Part shown: piece after piece, positions 27,006-37,089 of the stretch
How positions within the stretch are numbered: position 1 is the stretch's first letter
How the letters are laid out: each line of letters opens with the position of its first letter
Virus genome (UHGV): UHGV-0200912
Direction: 5' to 3' (one strand)
Origin: a virus
Length of the DNA stretch: 44,693 nt
Program-made: the position numbers and the translations under genes
Notes under the pieces: model-generated
Told to the model about the DNA's origin: nothing
What the model saw: only the letters and a program-made list of their open reading frames with translations
Databases searched by the model: none

Positions 27006-27548
27006 TTATTGGGCTCGCCCATGGTTTTCATGGTAGCCATACTTAAATTCTGCTGACTTTCTTGCAGCAACAGCATCAATCAGGCTCTCATAATATCCGA
27101 GGTGAATCTGCCCACCCGCATGGTTAATCGAAGCAACCCAACGATTATCCCTTAAGCGCCAATGTACCCCGCAAACGCCAGAGATATTATTTTTATGCCT
27201 TGCCGAATTCCTTCCATTACCAACCCTGTCGACATCCCTTAAATTAATTAGGCGATTATCGTTTCTGACACCATTGATGTGGTCAATGAAGCCCTCTGGA
27301 TAGGCTCTGTAAGATAGCGCCCAAGCTATACGATGAGCCTTCATAAGCCTACCTTGAATACCAATCTCTAAATATCCATTGATGTTCAAGCAACCTGCTT
27401 CTTTCCCGCAAAATCTAGAGTGCCAAGTATTGAATACCCTTTCGGTTGAAAAATGAATCCTTGGTCTAGGTTTCCAGGTAATAATTCCAGTTCTTGGGTT
27501 ATAACTGAAACATTGATGTAAAAAATCGATATCAGGGTCTTTAGCCAT
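27006..27548 (-). CDS. HNH homing endonuclease with AP2 domain
   Basis: HNH_3 NGYLEIGIQGRLMKAHRIAWAL...IDHINGVRNDNRLINLR; AP2-like SGVCGVHWRLRDNRWVASINHAGGQIHLGYYES; AT-rich; GAGG RBS at ATG 27548. Confidence 0.75.
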   Translation of the reverse strand: MAKDPDIDFLHQCFSYNPRTGIITWKPRPRIHFSTERVFNTWHSRFCGKEAGCLNINGYLEIGIQGRLMKAHRIAWALSYRAYPEGFIDHINGVRNDNRLINLRDVDRVGNGRNSARHKNNISGVCGVHWRLRDNRWVASINHAGGQIHLGYYESLIDAVAARKSAEFKYGYHENHGRAQ

Positions 27549-27647
27549 AACAAACCTCACAGTAGGTTTCACAGAGAGAGGTGCGCGGCAACAGAGTCTG
27601 TGTTCTCTGCTTTCGACTGGCCGGTCTAGCCGCGCCATTACATTTTA

Positions 27648-28010
27648 TCACGCGCCGGTGATAATCGCATAATCGTCCGCCAGTCGCTCGAACGTATCTG
27701 CGAACTGGACGATCTGCCGAATCTCATCGGCCTCATCCGGCGGAGCCGCATCTGTCGACGTACCAATCAGGATGTAATCTCCCTCCCGCGCCGTTTCGTA
27801 CTCGGTCCATATCGTGTTTTTAACCACGATTTCCCGGCCAAGGTCACCGATTTTTGCAGAGAGTCCGCCCTGGTAGTCGCAGAGGATAGCGATCGGCGCT
27901 TCCCATCCATACGGCTGACCTCCGCCGTCGGTATCGCTACCGTCAGCATCGCGTATGCGCCGCCAGATTGTCGCCGTCGCGGTGTATGACCAATTGGCAA
28001 CCGATGACAT
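27648..28010 (-). CDS. head-tail connector or head closure protein
   Basis: synteny; 120 aa. Confidence 0.4.
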   Translation of the reverse strand: MSSVANWSYTATATIWRRIRDADGSDTDGGGQPYGWEAPIAILCDYQGGLSAKIGDLGREIVVKNTIWTEYETAREGDYILIGTSTDAAPPDEADEIRQIVQFADTFERLADDYAIITGA

Positions 28011-28183
28011 CAGTCATCCCTCCATCGCAGCACAACGGCGCCTGTGGCGCGTATGCGGTCGCAGTTAATGAACCACTCGCCGTCGCTTTTCACGTACGCT
28101 GTCGTTTGCTCACCGGTATCGGTGATAACCCACACCCGGGTAAACGTCCGCGGAAGCCGTTGCTGAACTGAAACCCAGGCCAT
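28010..28183 (-). CDS. small hypothetical head-tail region protein (57 aa)
   Basis: TAATG overlap with the upstream stop and TGATG overlap with the downstream start; not in the ORF track. Confidence 0.4.
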   Translation of the reverse strand: MAWVSVQQRLPRTFTRVWVITDTGEQTTAYVKSDGEWFINCDRIRATGAVVLRWRDD

Positions 28184-28563
28184 TAACAGCCCCCGACCAC
28201 CATAAACAGGCCGACACTGTTCCCGGCGCTGATAGGTAGTTCACTGGTGCAGCCGCTGGTATCCAGTTTCGCCAGCGAGTCACGCAGCCAGGTAATGCCG
28301 TCATCTCCATAATCGAACGAGCGCGACGCGCCTGATGGCGCTCCCTGCGATTTTATTCGCCGGGCACCAGAAGACGTCGCCATGAGCGCAGCGGCATACA
28401 TCAGAATGAGCTTTGCCGTGCATTCGTCATACCCCGCACCATCAAGGCACGGGATAATCTTGTTCACCACGCAGAGAATCGGATCGAGCAGCGCGGCGGG
28501 GATGGCGTAACCCAACTCACCGAGGAACGCCTGCACGTCTGCCGCTGTGATTGGGTCAGCCAT
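28183..28563 (-). CDS. head-tail adaptor or head completion protein
   Basis: synteny after the major capsid gene; 126 aa. Confidence 0.4.
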   Translation of the reverse strand: MADPITAADVQAFLGELGYAIPAALLDPILCVVNKIIPCLDGAGYDECTAKLILMYAAALMATSSGARRIKSQGAPSGASRSFDYGDDGITWLRDSLAKLDTSGCTSELPISAGNSVGLFMVVGGC

Positions 28564-28565
28564 GG

Positions 28566-28814
28566 TTATTTCGCCTTCTTCGATTTGCTGGCAGATTCTT
28601 CCTGCTGCTCTGCCTGCTCTGCCTGCTCTGCAGCATCATTGCCAGGCGTAGCCACTTCCAGCGTTTTGTCTTCCACTTCGCCCACCACCGATACACGACC
28701 AGCAAAAGCTGAAGGAATGTCCGCCGCGACGAATTCGTGGCCAACAGGAAGTTGCTGGAAGACGCCATCAATCATGCCCCAGCAGCCGGTTTTCTCGACC
28801 TTTAACGTTTTCAT
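28566..28814 (-). CDS. hypothetical head protein with an (AEQ)3 repeat
   Basis: 9-bp tandem repeat gcctgctct x3 at 28606..28632. Confidence 0.45.
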   Translation of the reverse strand: MKTLKVEKTGCWGMIDGVFQQLPVGHEFVAADIPSAFAGRVSVVGEVEDKTLEVATPGNDAAEQAEQAEQQEESASKSKKAK

Positions 28815-28846
28815 GCTTTCTCCCGAAGAAAAGGGGCCGAAGCCCC

Positions 28847-29902
28847 TTAACCCTGTGCGTTGAACACTTTCGAGCGACCGTTGAAATCGCGCTTAATCTG
28901 CAGACCAACAGCACTCCAGACCAGAGTGTTGTAGTTATCGAACGGATTCTGTCTCGGGATCATGAAGGTACCCACCGGCGCGGCGATGCGCGTCTTGATG
29001 TACTGCGAGTTGCGAACGTACGCAATGAAGTGGTTACCGGTCAGCTTAAAGGTCTGGTTGAACGACTCGATGCGACCATAGTGCAGGATGTATTCCAGCA
29101 CAGTGCCTTCTTTGAAGCCCGCGGCATCGGAATACGGTCGGTTCAGGTTGCGCATGATATCCGGGGATGCCCACACTTTTACCTTCTCCTGAACGTAGTT
29201 ATCGTCCAGCAGTTTGGCGAACGGACCGGTGAAGAATGCTACTGATTCATCAGGAGTCGAGGTGGTCAGGTCAATATTCAGACCAGATGCACTCAGGTCT
29301 ACCTGGTTGGTGTTGGCGTGGTTGGTAATACCAGCGCCAACATAGCCCTTCACCTTCACCTTCGCATCGCCGGAAAGCATGTAGTCGGCCATATCTTCGC
29401 GGATGGCTGCAACATGCGCTTCCTGGTCATCGGCCATTGCATCAAGGTTTTCGGACTGCATGCCGTTCCATTCACGCCATTCACGGCCGTAGCCGGTGTT
29501 GAAGATCGGGATCGGGTCGCCGGCTTCGTCGTAGATGACTTTATCCAGCTCTTCCGGTACATGGCCAGTCAGTGAGCGATGAACCTTGCCAGCGTCACTG
29601 GAAACGCGGTAGAGCGCCGCCGTCTTGCCGATTGAGATCGGCGTACCGAGACCGAGCAGGTCATCAAGCAGGCCGTTGCCTTCGTCGTTGCGGAAGACTC
29701 GGGTGGTGATGTTGTCAACTTCACGCCAGTAGTCTTTAGAGATCAGCGCAGCCTGGTTAACTTCCAGCGCGCCGCCGTACTGGGCGGAAATGTTGTTCTG
29801 GTTAACGTTGAAGGATTCGCGCTGCATCAGCAACTGATTCCATGCCTTCTTGATCTGGTTATGTTCAGTAACCAGCTTTTTGTTAAATACGATCATGCTC
29901 AT
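28847..29902 (-). CDS. major capsid protein
   Basis: 351 aa; position after the scaffold/decoration genes; GGGG RBS. Confidence 0.65.
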   Translation of the reverse strand: MSMIVFNKKLVTEHNQIKKAWNQLLMQRESFNVNQNNISAQYGGALEVNQAALISKDYWREVDNITTRVFRNDEGNGLLDDLLGLGTPISIGKTAALYRVSSDAGKVHRSLTGHVPEELDKVIYDEAGDPIPIFNTGYGREWREWNGMQSENLDAMADDQEAHVAAIREDMADYMLSGDAKVKVKGYVGAGITNHANTNQVDLSASGLNIDLTTSTPDESVAFFTGPFAKLLDDNYVQEKVKVWASPDIMRNLNRPYSDAAGFKEGTVLEYILHYGRIESFNQTFKLTGNHFIAYVRNSQYIKTRIAAPVGTFMIPRQNPFDNYNTLVWSAVGLQIKRDFNGRSKVFNAQG

Positions 29903-30360
29903 GCGGTAGCTTTCCCTGATTTGCGAACTTTCACGAGCTGGGCTTCAGCACCAACGGTGATCTTTTCGCGTGAAAAGAAGAGGACCTGGTCGGTGGCTGG
30001 AGTGGTCGACTTGGCCAGTGTGCCGTCACCGGCAGAAACCAGACCTTCGTTTTCCAGCAACACTTCGCCAGCCTTTACCAGCATGTGGTAATCGACATCG
30101 TCTTCGCACATGATGGCCGCGCCAGTATCCCCGGCCGGCACTGCATCGCGGATATCACCGCCGCCGATATAATTGTGCTGGAGCGCCAGGGCTACCCCTG
30201 CACCACCGGCCACATTGTGAACAGCCAGTTTCCCTGTGCTATCCAGCATTACCAGAGATCCTGGCTTCACTGCTGCCGCCATGATTGCTTCAATGACCTG
30301 CGGGTCATTCTTGCGGGCCGGGCCCGCGATTACGGTATGGAAACGAGGTGCGAGAGCCAT
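29899..30360 (-). CDS. putative head decoration or stabilisation protein
   Basis: G/A-rich 153-aa protein between the scaffold and capsid genes. Confidence 0.4.
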   Translation of the reverse strand: MALAPRFHTVIAGPARKNDPQVIEAIMAAAVKPGSLVMLDSTGKLAVHNVAGGAGVALALQHNYIGGGDIRDAVPAGDTGAAIMCEDDVDYHMLVKAGEVLLENEGLVSAGDGTLAKSTTPATDQVLFFSREKITVGAEAQLVKVRKSGKATA

Positions 30361-31715
30361 TATTCAGGAGCCTCCATAGAAAGGATTTCACTCTGAGCGC
30401 CATTCCCCTGGAATGCCGGGTTCAGACCGGTGCTGGTCTGGCACTGCGAGTACATGTCGTTCAGCGCTTCGCCGGCCAGCGAGTTGATCGCCGCTTCGGT
30501 CATGAACGGGAATTTCGCTTTGACCGCTTCACGCTTGGTCTTGAGGTCTTTTTCAGCGTTGGCCTGCAGCTGAGTTTTCAGCGTACTGATCTCGTCAGTC
30601 AGCGGCTTAATCGCCAGATTTACTGCTGCGGTAATCGCGTCAGAGTTAATCTGAGTACCCGGCTGGTCGCCTGCTTTCTTCTGTACCTGCTGGTTATAGG
30701 CATCCCAGACCTGATCGTCGGTCAGCCCCTCGGTTTTAACGCCTGCGGCATTGAGCGCGGCGATCATCTTCTCTTTCATCGGGTTTGTTTCTCCGTTGGT
30801 TTTGACTTCGTACTCAGTGGGTTTGCGCACGACCTCTACTGGATCGCCGACCAGCGTGACTGTGCTGTCGTCGATGAGGTATTTTTGCTGGAAGAGCTTA
30901 TTGCCCTCTTCGAAAATGAATTTGTCGGGCCATACGGTCACGACATAGCGATAAACATCGCTGCCTGACGGCGCGCGAATGGCTTCCCGCAGCATCTGGT
31001 AGATTTCATCGAATGAGGCATCTGAGTTGTGGGTGAGGAAGAACTTCACTTTGTTCAGCAGGCCATCTTTGAGGCTATTTGCCGCATCAACGAGGCTTGC
31101 AGTCTCGACTTCGCCTTCCTGACCATCGGCATTCACGAACATGCCGACGCCTTCCTCTGGAGTACCGGCGCCCGGCTCATCGAGCAGGATAGCGATATGG
31201 TCGAACTGCATATTGCGAGCAATCCATGAATACTTCTTCTGCTTAGACTCGCCTGACTTTCTCTCTTTGTTCGTGAGTAAGCCGGTAGACAGGTGGATCG
31301 GGTCGGTGTTGGTGCCGGCGATCATCTCATCGAGGCGATTAATCAGACGCTTACCGTCAGGCTTTGTCTCGGCGACCGCCTTATTGATATAAACGTCCAT
31401 GACGACCTGGTCGCCTGACTTACTGACGTTCTGCGCCCAGGCTCCGACGTGATAGCTGTTAATGGCCCGAGGGTCATTGGCGCTGACATACTTGCCATCT
31501 ACCATCGGGTGCGGAAGAGGCATCAGCTTGCCTTCCATCGTCTTGTAGCTGTTGTTAATCTCCTCGGCTGGATAAAGACCGCCATTCATCACGATGTCAT
31601 CGACGATCGGAACTGCACCACGGATAATATAGTGTTCCTGATCATTAATTATGGTCGTAGATATATTGGAGGCGTTGATCGCCAAGGATTTCACATGGAT
31701 ACTGGTTAAGTTCAT
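30360..31715 (-). CDS. putative prohead protease/scaffold protein
   Basis: 451 aa from ATG 31715 (GAAGGG RBS); coiled-coil C-terminus; between the Mu-F-like and capsid genes. Confidence 0.45.
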   Translation of the reverse strand: MNLTSIHVKSLAINASNISTTIINDQEHYIIRGAVPIVDDIVMNGGLYPAEEINNSYKTMEGKLMPLPHPMVDGKYVSANDPRAINSYHVGAWAQNVSKSGDQVVMDVYINKAVAETKPDGKRLINRLDEMIAGTNTDPIHLSTGLLTNKERKSGESKQKKYSWIARNMQFDHIAILLDEPGAGTPEEGVGMFVNADGQEGEVETASLVDAANSLKDGLLNKVKFFLTHNSDASFDEIYQMLREAIRAPSGSDVYRYVVTVWPDKFIFEEGNKLFQQKYLIDDSTVTLVGDPVEVVRKPTEYEVKTNGETNPMKEKMIAALNAAGVKTEGLTDDQVWDAYNQQVQKKAGDQPGTQINSDAITAAVNLAIKPLTDEISTLKTQLQANAEKDLKTKREAVKAKFPFMTEAAINSLAGEALNDMYSQCQTSTGLNPAFQGNGAQSEILSMEAPE

Positions 31716-31737
31716 GTTTAACCCTTCAGGAAAAAGA

Positions 31738-32082
31738 ATGAAAAAGGCTCTTCTTTTGTTGTTTGTCGCTTTCAGTGGAAATAGTTTTGCGACGTTTTTG
31801 ACAGGCAATGACCTTTACACCAGATATCAAGCATATGTGCGAAGTGACAACGGGACGGCTTCAAGAGAAGACTATTTCGCGGCATACGATTATATGGGGT
31901 ATGTAACCGGCGTATGGGACACATTGGGGTCAGAGCTAATTTGCCCTCAGGGCAGCATTACCCGGGGACAAATTGCCGATGTTGTCGGTATGGGATTGCA
32001 GAAAAATCCACAGACCAGAGCCGCAGATGCGGACAAATTAACCGCCTTATATCTTATGCAGTCATTTCCTTGTAAAAAATAA
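31738..32082 (+). CDS. secreted small protein encoded antisense inside the head operon (moron)
   Basis: AGGAAAAAG RBS; signal peptide MKKALLLLFVAFSGNSFA; start 22 nt from the divergent scaffold start; stop abuts the Mu-F gene stop. Confidence 0.55.
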   Translation: MKKALLLLFVAFSGNSFATFLTGNDLYTRYQAYVRSDNGTASREDYFAAYDYMGYVTGVWDTLGSELICPQGSITRGQIADVVGMGLQKNPQTRAADADKLTALYLMQSFPCKK

Positions 32083-33012
32083 CTAAGCGGCCTTTTTATC
32101 CGGGCCCCACTGTTTGCGCTCTTTTGCCAGCTTCTCAGCTAACCCCTGATTGAAAATGCTGCCGTCGTCGTTGAGCAGCACCGGAATCTGGCTGCAATAG
32201 CAGTTGTATCGGTTGCCGTTCTCGGCGTAGAAGTCCCGCACCTCTTCGGTGGTGTAGACCTTGCCGTGGCGGCTGGCGTGCCAACTGCGCGTCGTCGGTT
32301 TGAGCGCCGACAGCCACAGCAAGCCAGTATTCAGCCCAAGCCGATCCGCTGCCCAGTCCGTCTCGTTCCATTGCGCCTGCCGCAGCGCGCCGACCTGCTC
32401 AGTCTGAGCGATGGTCTTTGCGCGGCCCATAGAGACATCAAGGCGCTTGCTTATCACCTGCGCCGTTTCGCGGGGATTCACACCGCGAGCAACCGCATCG
32501 GTAATGATGTTGGTCAGATCGCCGCGGGCTGTATCGCTGATGACCTTCCAGTCACTGAACGTTGTCAGTCTGGCGGCTGCCACCTGATTAAGATAACCGG
32601 GGCTGCTTAAAAGCTGCTGTAGAGTCGTCTGGCTGGCATATACCTGCGACTGCTGCGACAGGTTGTTGAATGCCTCTAGCGTGCCGCGCTGCGCCTCTGC
32701 GGCGACGTAATCCATCGCCCACAGGTTTTGTTCGCCGCCTTCGAGCAGGTAATCGTCGAGAATAACCTGCACCGCTTCCAGCAGGTCGGCCAGTTCCTGC
32801 GCTGACATGTCGTAGATGAACTTGCCAGCGTTGACCTGGTAGAGCGTTGGCTCTGCACCGTTAACGTGACACAGGAAGTGCCAGCTGTGGCTGTTAACCT
32901 CTCGCTCACGCCCGGTCAGCCGCTGGTCGAACAGGGCTTTCAGCGCCACCTTTATCGCGTAATACCGATCCTCAATGTCGCGCTCCATCTTGCTGACGGA
33001 CTTACGTGACAT
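32083..33012 (-). CDS. head morphogenesis protein, Phage_Mu_F/SPP1 gp7 family
   Basis: core RETAQVISKRLDVSMGRAKTIAQTEQ typical of the Mu F family; start refined to MSRKSVSK just after the portal stop. Confidence 0.65.
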   Translation of the reverse strand: MSRKSVSKMERDIEDRYYAIKVALKALFDQRLTGREREVNSHSWHFLCHVNGAEPTLYQVNAGKFIYDMSAQELADLLEAVQVILDDYLLEGGEQNLWAMDYVAAEAQRGTLEAFNNLSQQSQVYASQTTLQQLLSSPGYLNQVAAARLTTFSDWKVISDTARGDLTNIITDAVARGVNPRETAQVISKRLDVSMGRAKTIAQTEQVGALRQAQWNETDWAADRLGLNTGLLWLSALKPTTRSWHASRHGKVYTTEEVRDFYAENGNRYNCYCSQIPVLLNDDGSIFNQGLAEKLAKERKQWGPDKKAA

Positions 33013-33019
33013 TGTTGGG

Positions 33020-34471
33020 TCAACTTTCGACCGTGGTATCACCGGGCTTTTCGGCTTCTGACTGAGGGTCGGCCAGAGGATCAGGTTTTGGTTTGTTGCC
33101 ATCTGGCAGATCCTCATCATCAAGCTCAGGCAGCGGTTGCAGTTCGCCCGCAGCGCGAATTTCGTTCTCAGTGATAGCAGAACGGCCAAAGGCATTCGTG
33201 GATTTCACAGCCACGTCCGCGAGCTTGTCCATGTTGGCAATCTTCTCTGCCTGACTCGGTGCCAGAAGATCAGACCAGCCTACGGTAATTTCTTCATTCT
33301 GAGCTGGCGGAATAATTCCAAGGGTCCAGAAGCGCGAAACCACATCCGTGATCACGTCGGTAAGGAAGCCATTACGGCGACTCATGCGGGTTTTGGCCCA
33401 GTCCTTAGCGTCTTCCGTACTGGCCCTCTCCCCGGTCTGCATGCCGATCAGAACTTTAACGGGGATCGGCACGGTGGCGCAGAACTCATTAAGCGCCGTT
33501 CGCCAGGTGGGTTCCGGGTCTGCAACGGCCACTGAGAGCACGCTGGCATCGCCTTCCTGCATCATGACTGCGCTGTCGGTGCTGTCATTCAGTCGACGCA
33601 CCTGATCATCCATCGCATTCGATAGCTCGGCCTCTGTTACGCCGAGGGCGCGTGCCAGTTGAGCGAAGTTCGTCTTGGAGCTGAAATTGAAATTTAGCTG
33701 GCGACTGGCATTCTTAAGAAACCCCTCCGCCCCGCCGCCGGAAACCTTTTCGAGATCCAGGAGCTTGTTAAAACCCTCTTCCAGCATCGAGCGCCCGGAA
33801 GTCATTGAGCCATCATCGGAGCCTTCAGCCAGGATAATGACGCGATCTGGGTGAACGTTGATTATGCGGCTGGGCCGGGCGTCTTTGTTGTTGCCCACCG
33901 ACAGCTCAATGAACGAGTACATCGTCACATCGCCGAAAGTTTCACTTTCTGGGTCACTATCCCATTCAATGGGCTCAATCTGCGCTTCCCATGCAGGGAT
34001 GAGTTTTACCAGCGCCTTTTCTTCCAACTGACCTACGACCACGGTATCTACCGGATCACGCCACTGTTTGCTGTCTTTAACCTGAATCAACAAAGCAGAA
34101 TATCGACCTACCAGGTTGCGTCGGTCAGCGCCCTTAATCTGCTTCCAGCAGCGCTTGAGCAGCTTGTTAACCCGCTTGTCCCACTGAGTTTGTTTGGTGG
34201 CATCTTTGGTTTTATCGCCTTCATAAATATCCGGGAAATCCTCCCAGCATCCATCAACCATGCGACTGACGGCCGCACCAGCAACAGCATTGCGGCGACA
34301 TGCCCGGTAGAAATCCTCAAAGCAGAGATCGACGGGATATCCGAACTCCTGGTAAAGGCGCTGGCGCTTCGTATTGCTGGTTCCGTTGAACAACGAGGAC
34401 AGGTAGTTCAGGCGTTCTTTTTCAAGATTGGCATTCGAGGCGCGCTCTTGTTTCATTTGGCTTTCGTTCAC
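33020..34471 (-). CDS. portal protein
   Basis: 483 aa; lies between terL and the Mu-F gene; acidic C-terminus. Confidence 0.7.
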   Translation of the reverse strand: MNESQMKQERASNANLEKERLNYLSSLFNGTSNTKRQRLYQEFGYPVDLCFEDFYRACRRNAVAGAAVSRMVDGCWEDFPDIYEGDKTKDATKQTQWDKRVNKLLKRCWKQIKGADRRNLVGRYSALLIQVKDSKQWRDPVDTVVVGQLEEKALVKLIPAWEAQIEPIEWDSDPESETFGDVTMYSFIELSVGNNKDARPSRIINVHPDRVIILAEGSDDGSMTSGRSMLEEGFNKLLDLEKVSGGGAEGFLKNASRQLNFNFSSKTNFAQLARALGVTEAELSNAMDDQVRRLNDSTDSAVMMQEGDASVLSVAVADPEPTWRTALNEFCATVPIPVKVLIGMQTGERASTEDAKDWAKTRMSRRNGFLTDVITDVVSRFWTLGIIPPAQNEEITVGWSDLLAPSQAEKIANMDKLADVAVKSTNAFGRSAITENEIRAAGELQPLPELDDEDLPDGNKPKPDPLADPQSEAEKPGDTTVES

Positions 34472-34483
34472 TTATGTCCTCCG

Positions 34484-35956
34484 TCAGCGCGAACGCACCA
34501 ACATGCCGATTGATTGTGGCTCTGATAATTCGGTGAGTGCATACACAGCAGCATCAAGCCGGTCCGGCGATTTCTTGGCGGTAGATGGCACGTATTCCAT
34601 GAACTGGTTTTCCACCTCGTAGAGGCTGCCACGGTGGGCGACGCGACCCTGTGCATACAGTGCAGATATAGGCTCTGCGCGGGCATACTTGCCTTTGCTG
34701 GCATGCACCCTGATAACGCGCCCGGTGAACCCGGCGTTTCGGAGTGTGTCCTCTGCCATGTCCCCGCCCTGGTTTGTCTCAATGACGATCGCGTCAGCTT
34801 CATGCTGCTCATAGGCCTCAATGGCTTTCGTCGCCCATCCATTGGGGGAATATTTGCCACTGTAGTCAGCATCAAGGCTGTACTGCCGCTCATCACCACT
34901 ACCGTAAACACTCGCAACAGCGATGCCGGATTCGTCACTCTCTTCGCTATTTGTGGCCTGCGGGTCGATTGCCACGACCGTACGGGCCAGATCCTGGGTG
35001 ATTCGCATCGCGTGTGCGGCGCTGATCATCTCCTCATTCCACAGAGCACCCTCCGCATTGAAGCGTTTCGGGTTCTGCATGTACTGAGCTTCGGCGGTGC
35101 GCCGGTGAGAGAACAGAGATACACGGTGCGATTCGTTATGCTTAAACGGCCATAGCCAGCCATCAGGCAGGCCGTGGTCAATCGGGATAGCGTGAGTGTT
35201 TTCCGGATATGTTTCTTCGTAACTGCGGCTGCTATCGATAATCACCGGCAAATTCAGGTGATGCCACTTTTCCCCACTTCCACCACGCAACAGATAGCCG
35301 CTCAGGTCGTGGTAGTGGATTCGTTGCATGATGACAATCATCGGCGTCGTCTCGAGCGCCAGTCGTGATTTGATTGTCTCGTTGAAACGATTGTTGACTC
35401 CGTCTCGGACGATTTCAGAGTAAGCGTCATCCGGCTTAACCGGGTCATCGATAATCAGTGCGCCCTGCCAGCCCGGCTCCATGTGTCCTGCGCGGAACCC
35501 GGTAACCTGCCCTGCAGCTGAGGATGCGTAAACGCCGCCGCCGTGCTCAGTCCACCACATAGCCTTGCTGTCTGCATCGTCACGCAGCGCCATGGGCCAC
35601 ATGGACTGGTATGCCTGCGACTTAATCATGCCGCGGGCCGTCGAGGAGTTCAGGAGCGCCAGGTTATGCGAATAGGACAAATGCATGAAACGGGCCCGGC
35701 AATTTAGCGCCAGGCCGCGCCCCATCATATTGATGGTTGCAAGTTCCGTTTTCGTGTAACCAGGAGGGACGTTGATGATCAGGCGCTGAATCTCACCATC
35801 AATAACGCGGTCCAGTGTTTTCTGAATCACCTTGTGGTGAGGCGCAACTATCATCTTTCCGCCGGTGCGTTGCTTGAAGAAATAGCGAGCGTAGTAAAGC
35901 CCGTCCTCCTCACATTCCACCTTTCTGGCAAACGCCTTTTGCTCAGCAGTCGTCAT
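34484..35956 (-). CDS. terL: terminase large subunit
   Basis: 490 aa; ATPase Walker B ALIIDDP; C-terminal nuclease acidic residues; overlaps the terS end. Confidence 0.8.
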   Translation of the reverse strand: MTTAEQKAFARKVECEEDGLYYARYFFKQRTGGKMIVAPHHKVIQKTLDRVIDGEIQRLIINVPPGYTKTELATINMMGRGLALNCRARFMHLSYSHNLALLNSSTARGMIKSQAYQSMWPMALRDDADSKAMWWTEHGGGVYASSAAGQVTGFRAGHMEPGWQGALIIDDPVKPDDAYSEIVRDGVNNRFNETIKSRLALETTPMIVIMQRIHYHDLSGYLLRGGSGEKWHHLNLPVIIDSSRSYEETYPENTHAIPIDHGLPDGWLWPFKHNESHRVSLFSHRRTAEAQYMQNPKRFNAEGALWNEEMISAAHAMRITQDLARTVVAIDPQATNSEESDESGIAVASVYGSGDERQYSLDADYSGKYSPNGWATKAIEAYEQHEADAIVIETNQGGDMAEDTLRNAGFTGRVIRVHASKGKYARAEPISALYAQGRVAHRGSLYEVENQFMEYVPSTAKKSPDRLDAAVYALTELSEPQSIGMLVRSR

Positions 35957-36422
35957 CCTCCATCATCTCCTGCCGTGCGGACTTGTATTCCTCTTTGCTC
36001 ATGGTGATCGTCTGGATAGCGCCACCATTCGGGCCGGAATGTTCAAACTTATGTTTGTTGGTATAAGCATCCCCGCATTCCTTGGCGGCTTGCTCAATAA
36101 TCTCAGCAGTGAGCGCGAGGTTTTTCATTCCCTCGGCGCGCGTAGCCATACGGTCAAGAACGCGAAGCCGGTACGCCTTGTTAGCGATCGGGATGTCGGA
36201 AATTTCGTTGAGGAAGCGGTCGCGGGTGCGGTTGAAGAGGTCGACCCATTTTTGAGCCAGACCCTTGCCGCTTATCTTCGTCGGGTCGTTTTGCTCAACC
36301 TGTTGGCGGGTAATCTGAACACCAAATTCTTTCAGGACGGACTCCACCACTTGAGAGGGGGTATCAAAGCACGCAACTGATTGAACTATGAAGGCTTTAA
36401 TCTCTGGTTTTAATGCCGCCAT
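35943..36422 (-). CDS. terS: terminase small subunit (DUF2280-like)
   Basis: MAALKPEIKAFIVQSVACFDTPSQVVESV N-terminal motif; directly upstream of terL. Confidence 0.6.
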   Translation of the reverse strand: MAALKPEIKAFIVQSVACFDTPSQVVESVLKEFGVQITRQQVEQNDPTKISGKGLAQKWVDLFNRTRDRFLNEISDIPIANKAYRLRVLDRMATRAEGMKNLALTAEIIEQAAKECGDAYTNKHKFEHSGPNGGAIQTITMSKEEYKSARQEMMEDDDC

Positions 36423-36453
36423 AATTCACCATCCGTCCTAACTAGTCCTGAAT

Positions 36454-37089
36454 TTATGCCAACTTCAGCATGCACGTCCCACACGCTCTGGCAACATCGA
36501 TATGAGCAACCTCCGCCGGCCTGTTCGCCGCATCCACCATTTCCTGCACGTCTTTGCTAGCGCCGTAACGCCGGACCACTCCGACGAACTCCTCGACGTC
36601 ATGGCCGCGAAGTTTGAGCACCGGCATTCCGGTCTCTTTGTTGAACTTCGGCGCGCCATAGTCATCGGTAGCCTGGGCGATGTGGTAAAGCTCATGCTCA
36701 ACCAGTGCGCAGAACTCCAGATCGTTGCATTGCTCGCAGTAGTCTGCAGCCAGGGTGATGATGAACTTCGGTATGCGCCCAAACCATTCATGCATCTGCT
36801 GCTCCATGCGGGATTTCTGCCAGCCGCCGGCACGCATCATTACCTGCTCGCACTGACCAAGCACAATGCGACCGCTTTTGGCGAATGAGCCAGAGGCCCA
36901 CATGAACGCCACATCAGCGTCGACCAAGTGCGTATGGTCAGAGTTATGGATTCGGCCCCCTTCGGAGAGGATGTTCTGATTTACCCATTCTCCGATTTCG
37001 GCAGCAGGGATTAGCCTGGTGTAAGGCAGCCAGTTCTCACCAGTGAAATTAACGGGGGGATATGGCCTAATCATTTTGGTATCAGCCAT
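36454..37089 (-). CDS. HExxH motif protein (putative metallopeptidase-like)
   Basis: VEHELYHIAQA; GGAGGCT RBS at ATG 37089; sits between the lysis cassette and terS. Confidence 0.45.
   Translation of the reverse strand: MADTKMIRPYPPVNFTGENWLPYTRLIPAAEIGEWVNQNILSEGGRIHNSDHTHLVDADVAFMWASGSFAKSGRIVLGQCEQVMMRAGGWQKSRMEQQMHEWFGRIPKFIITLAADYCEQCNDLEFCALVEHELYHIAQATDDYGAPKFNKETGMPVLKLRGHDVEEFVGVVRRYGASKDVQEMVDAANRPAEVAHIDVARACGTCMLKLA

Noticed and set aside
28606-28632. 9-bp tandem repeat x3 considered as a CRISPR or VNTR element
   Set aside because: It is an in-frame coding micro-repeat (AEQ)3 inside 28566..28814, with no spacer architecture.
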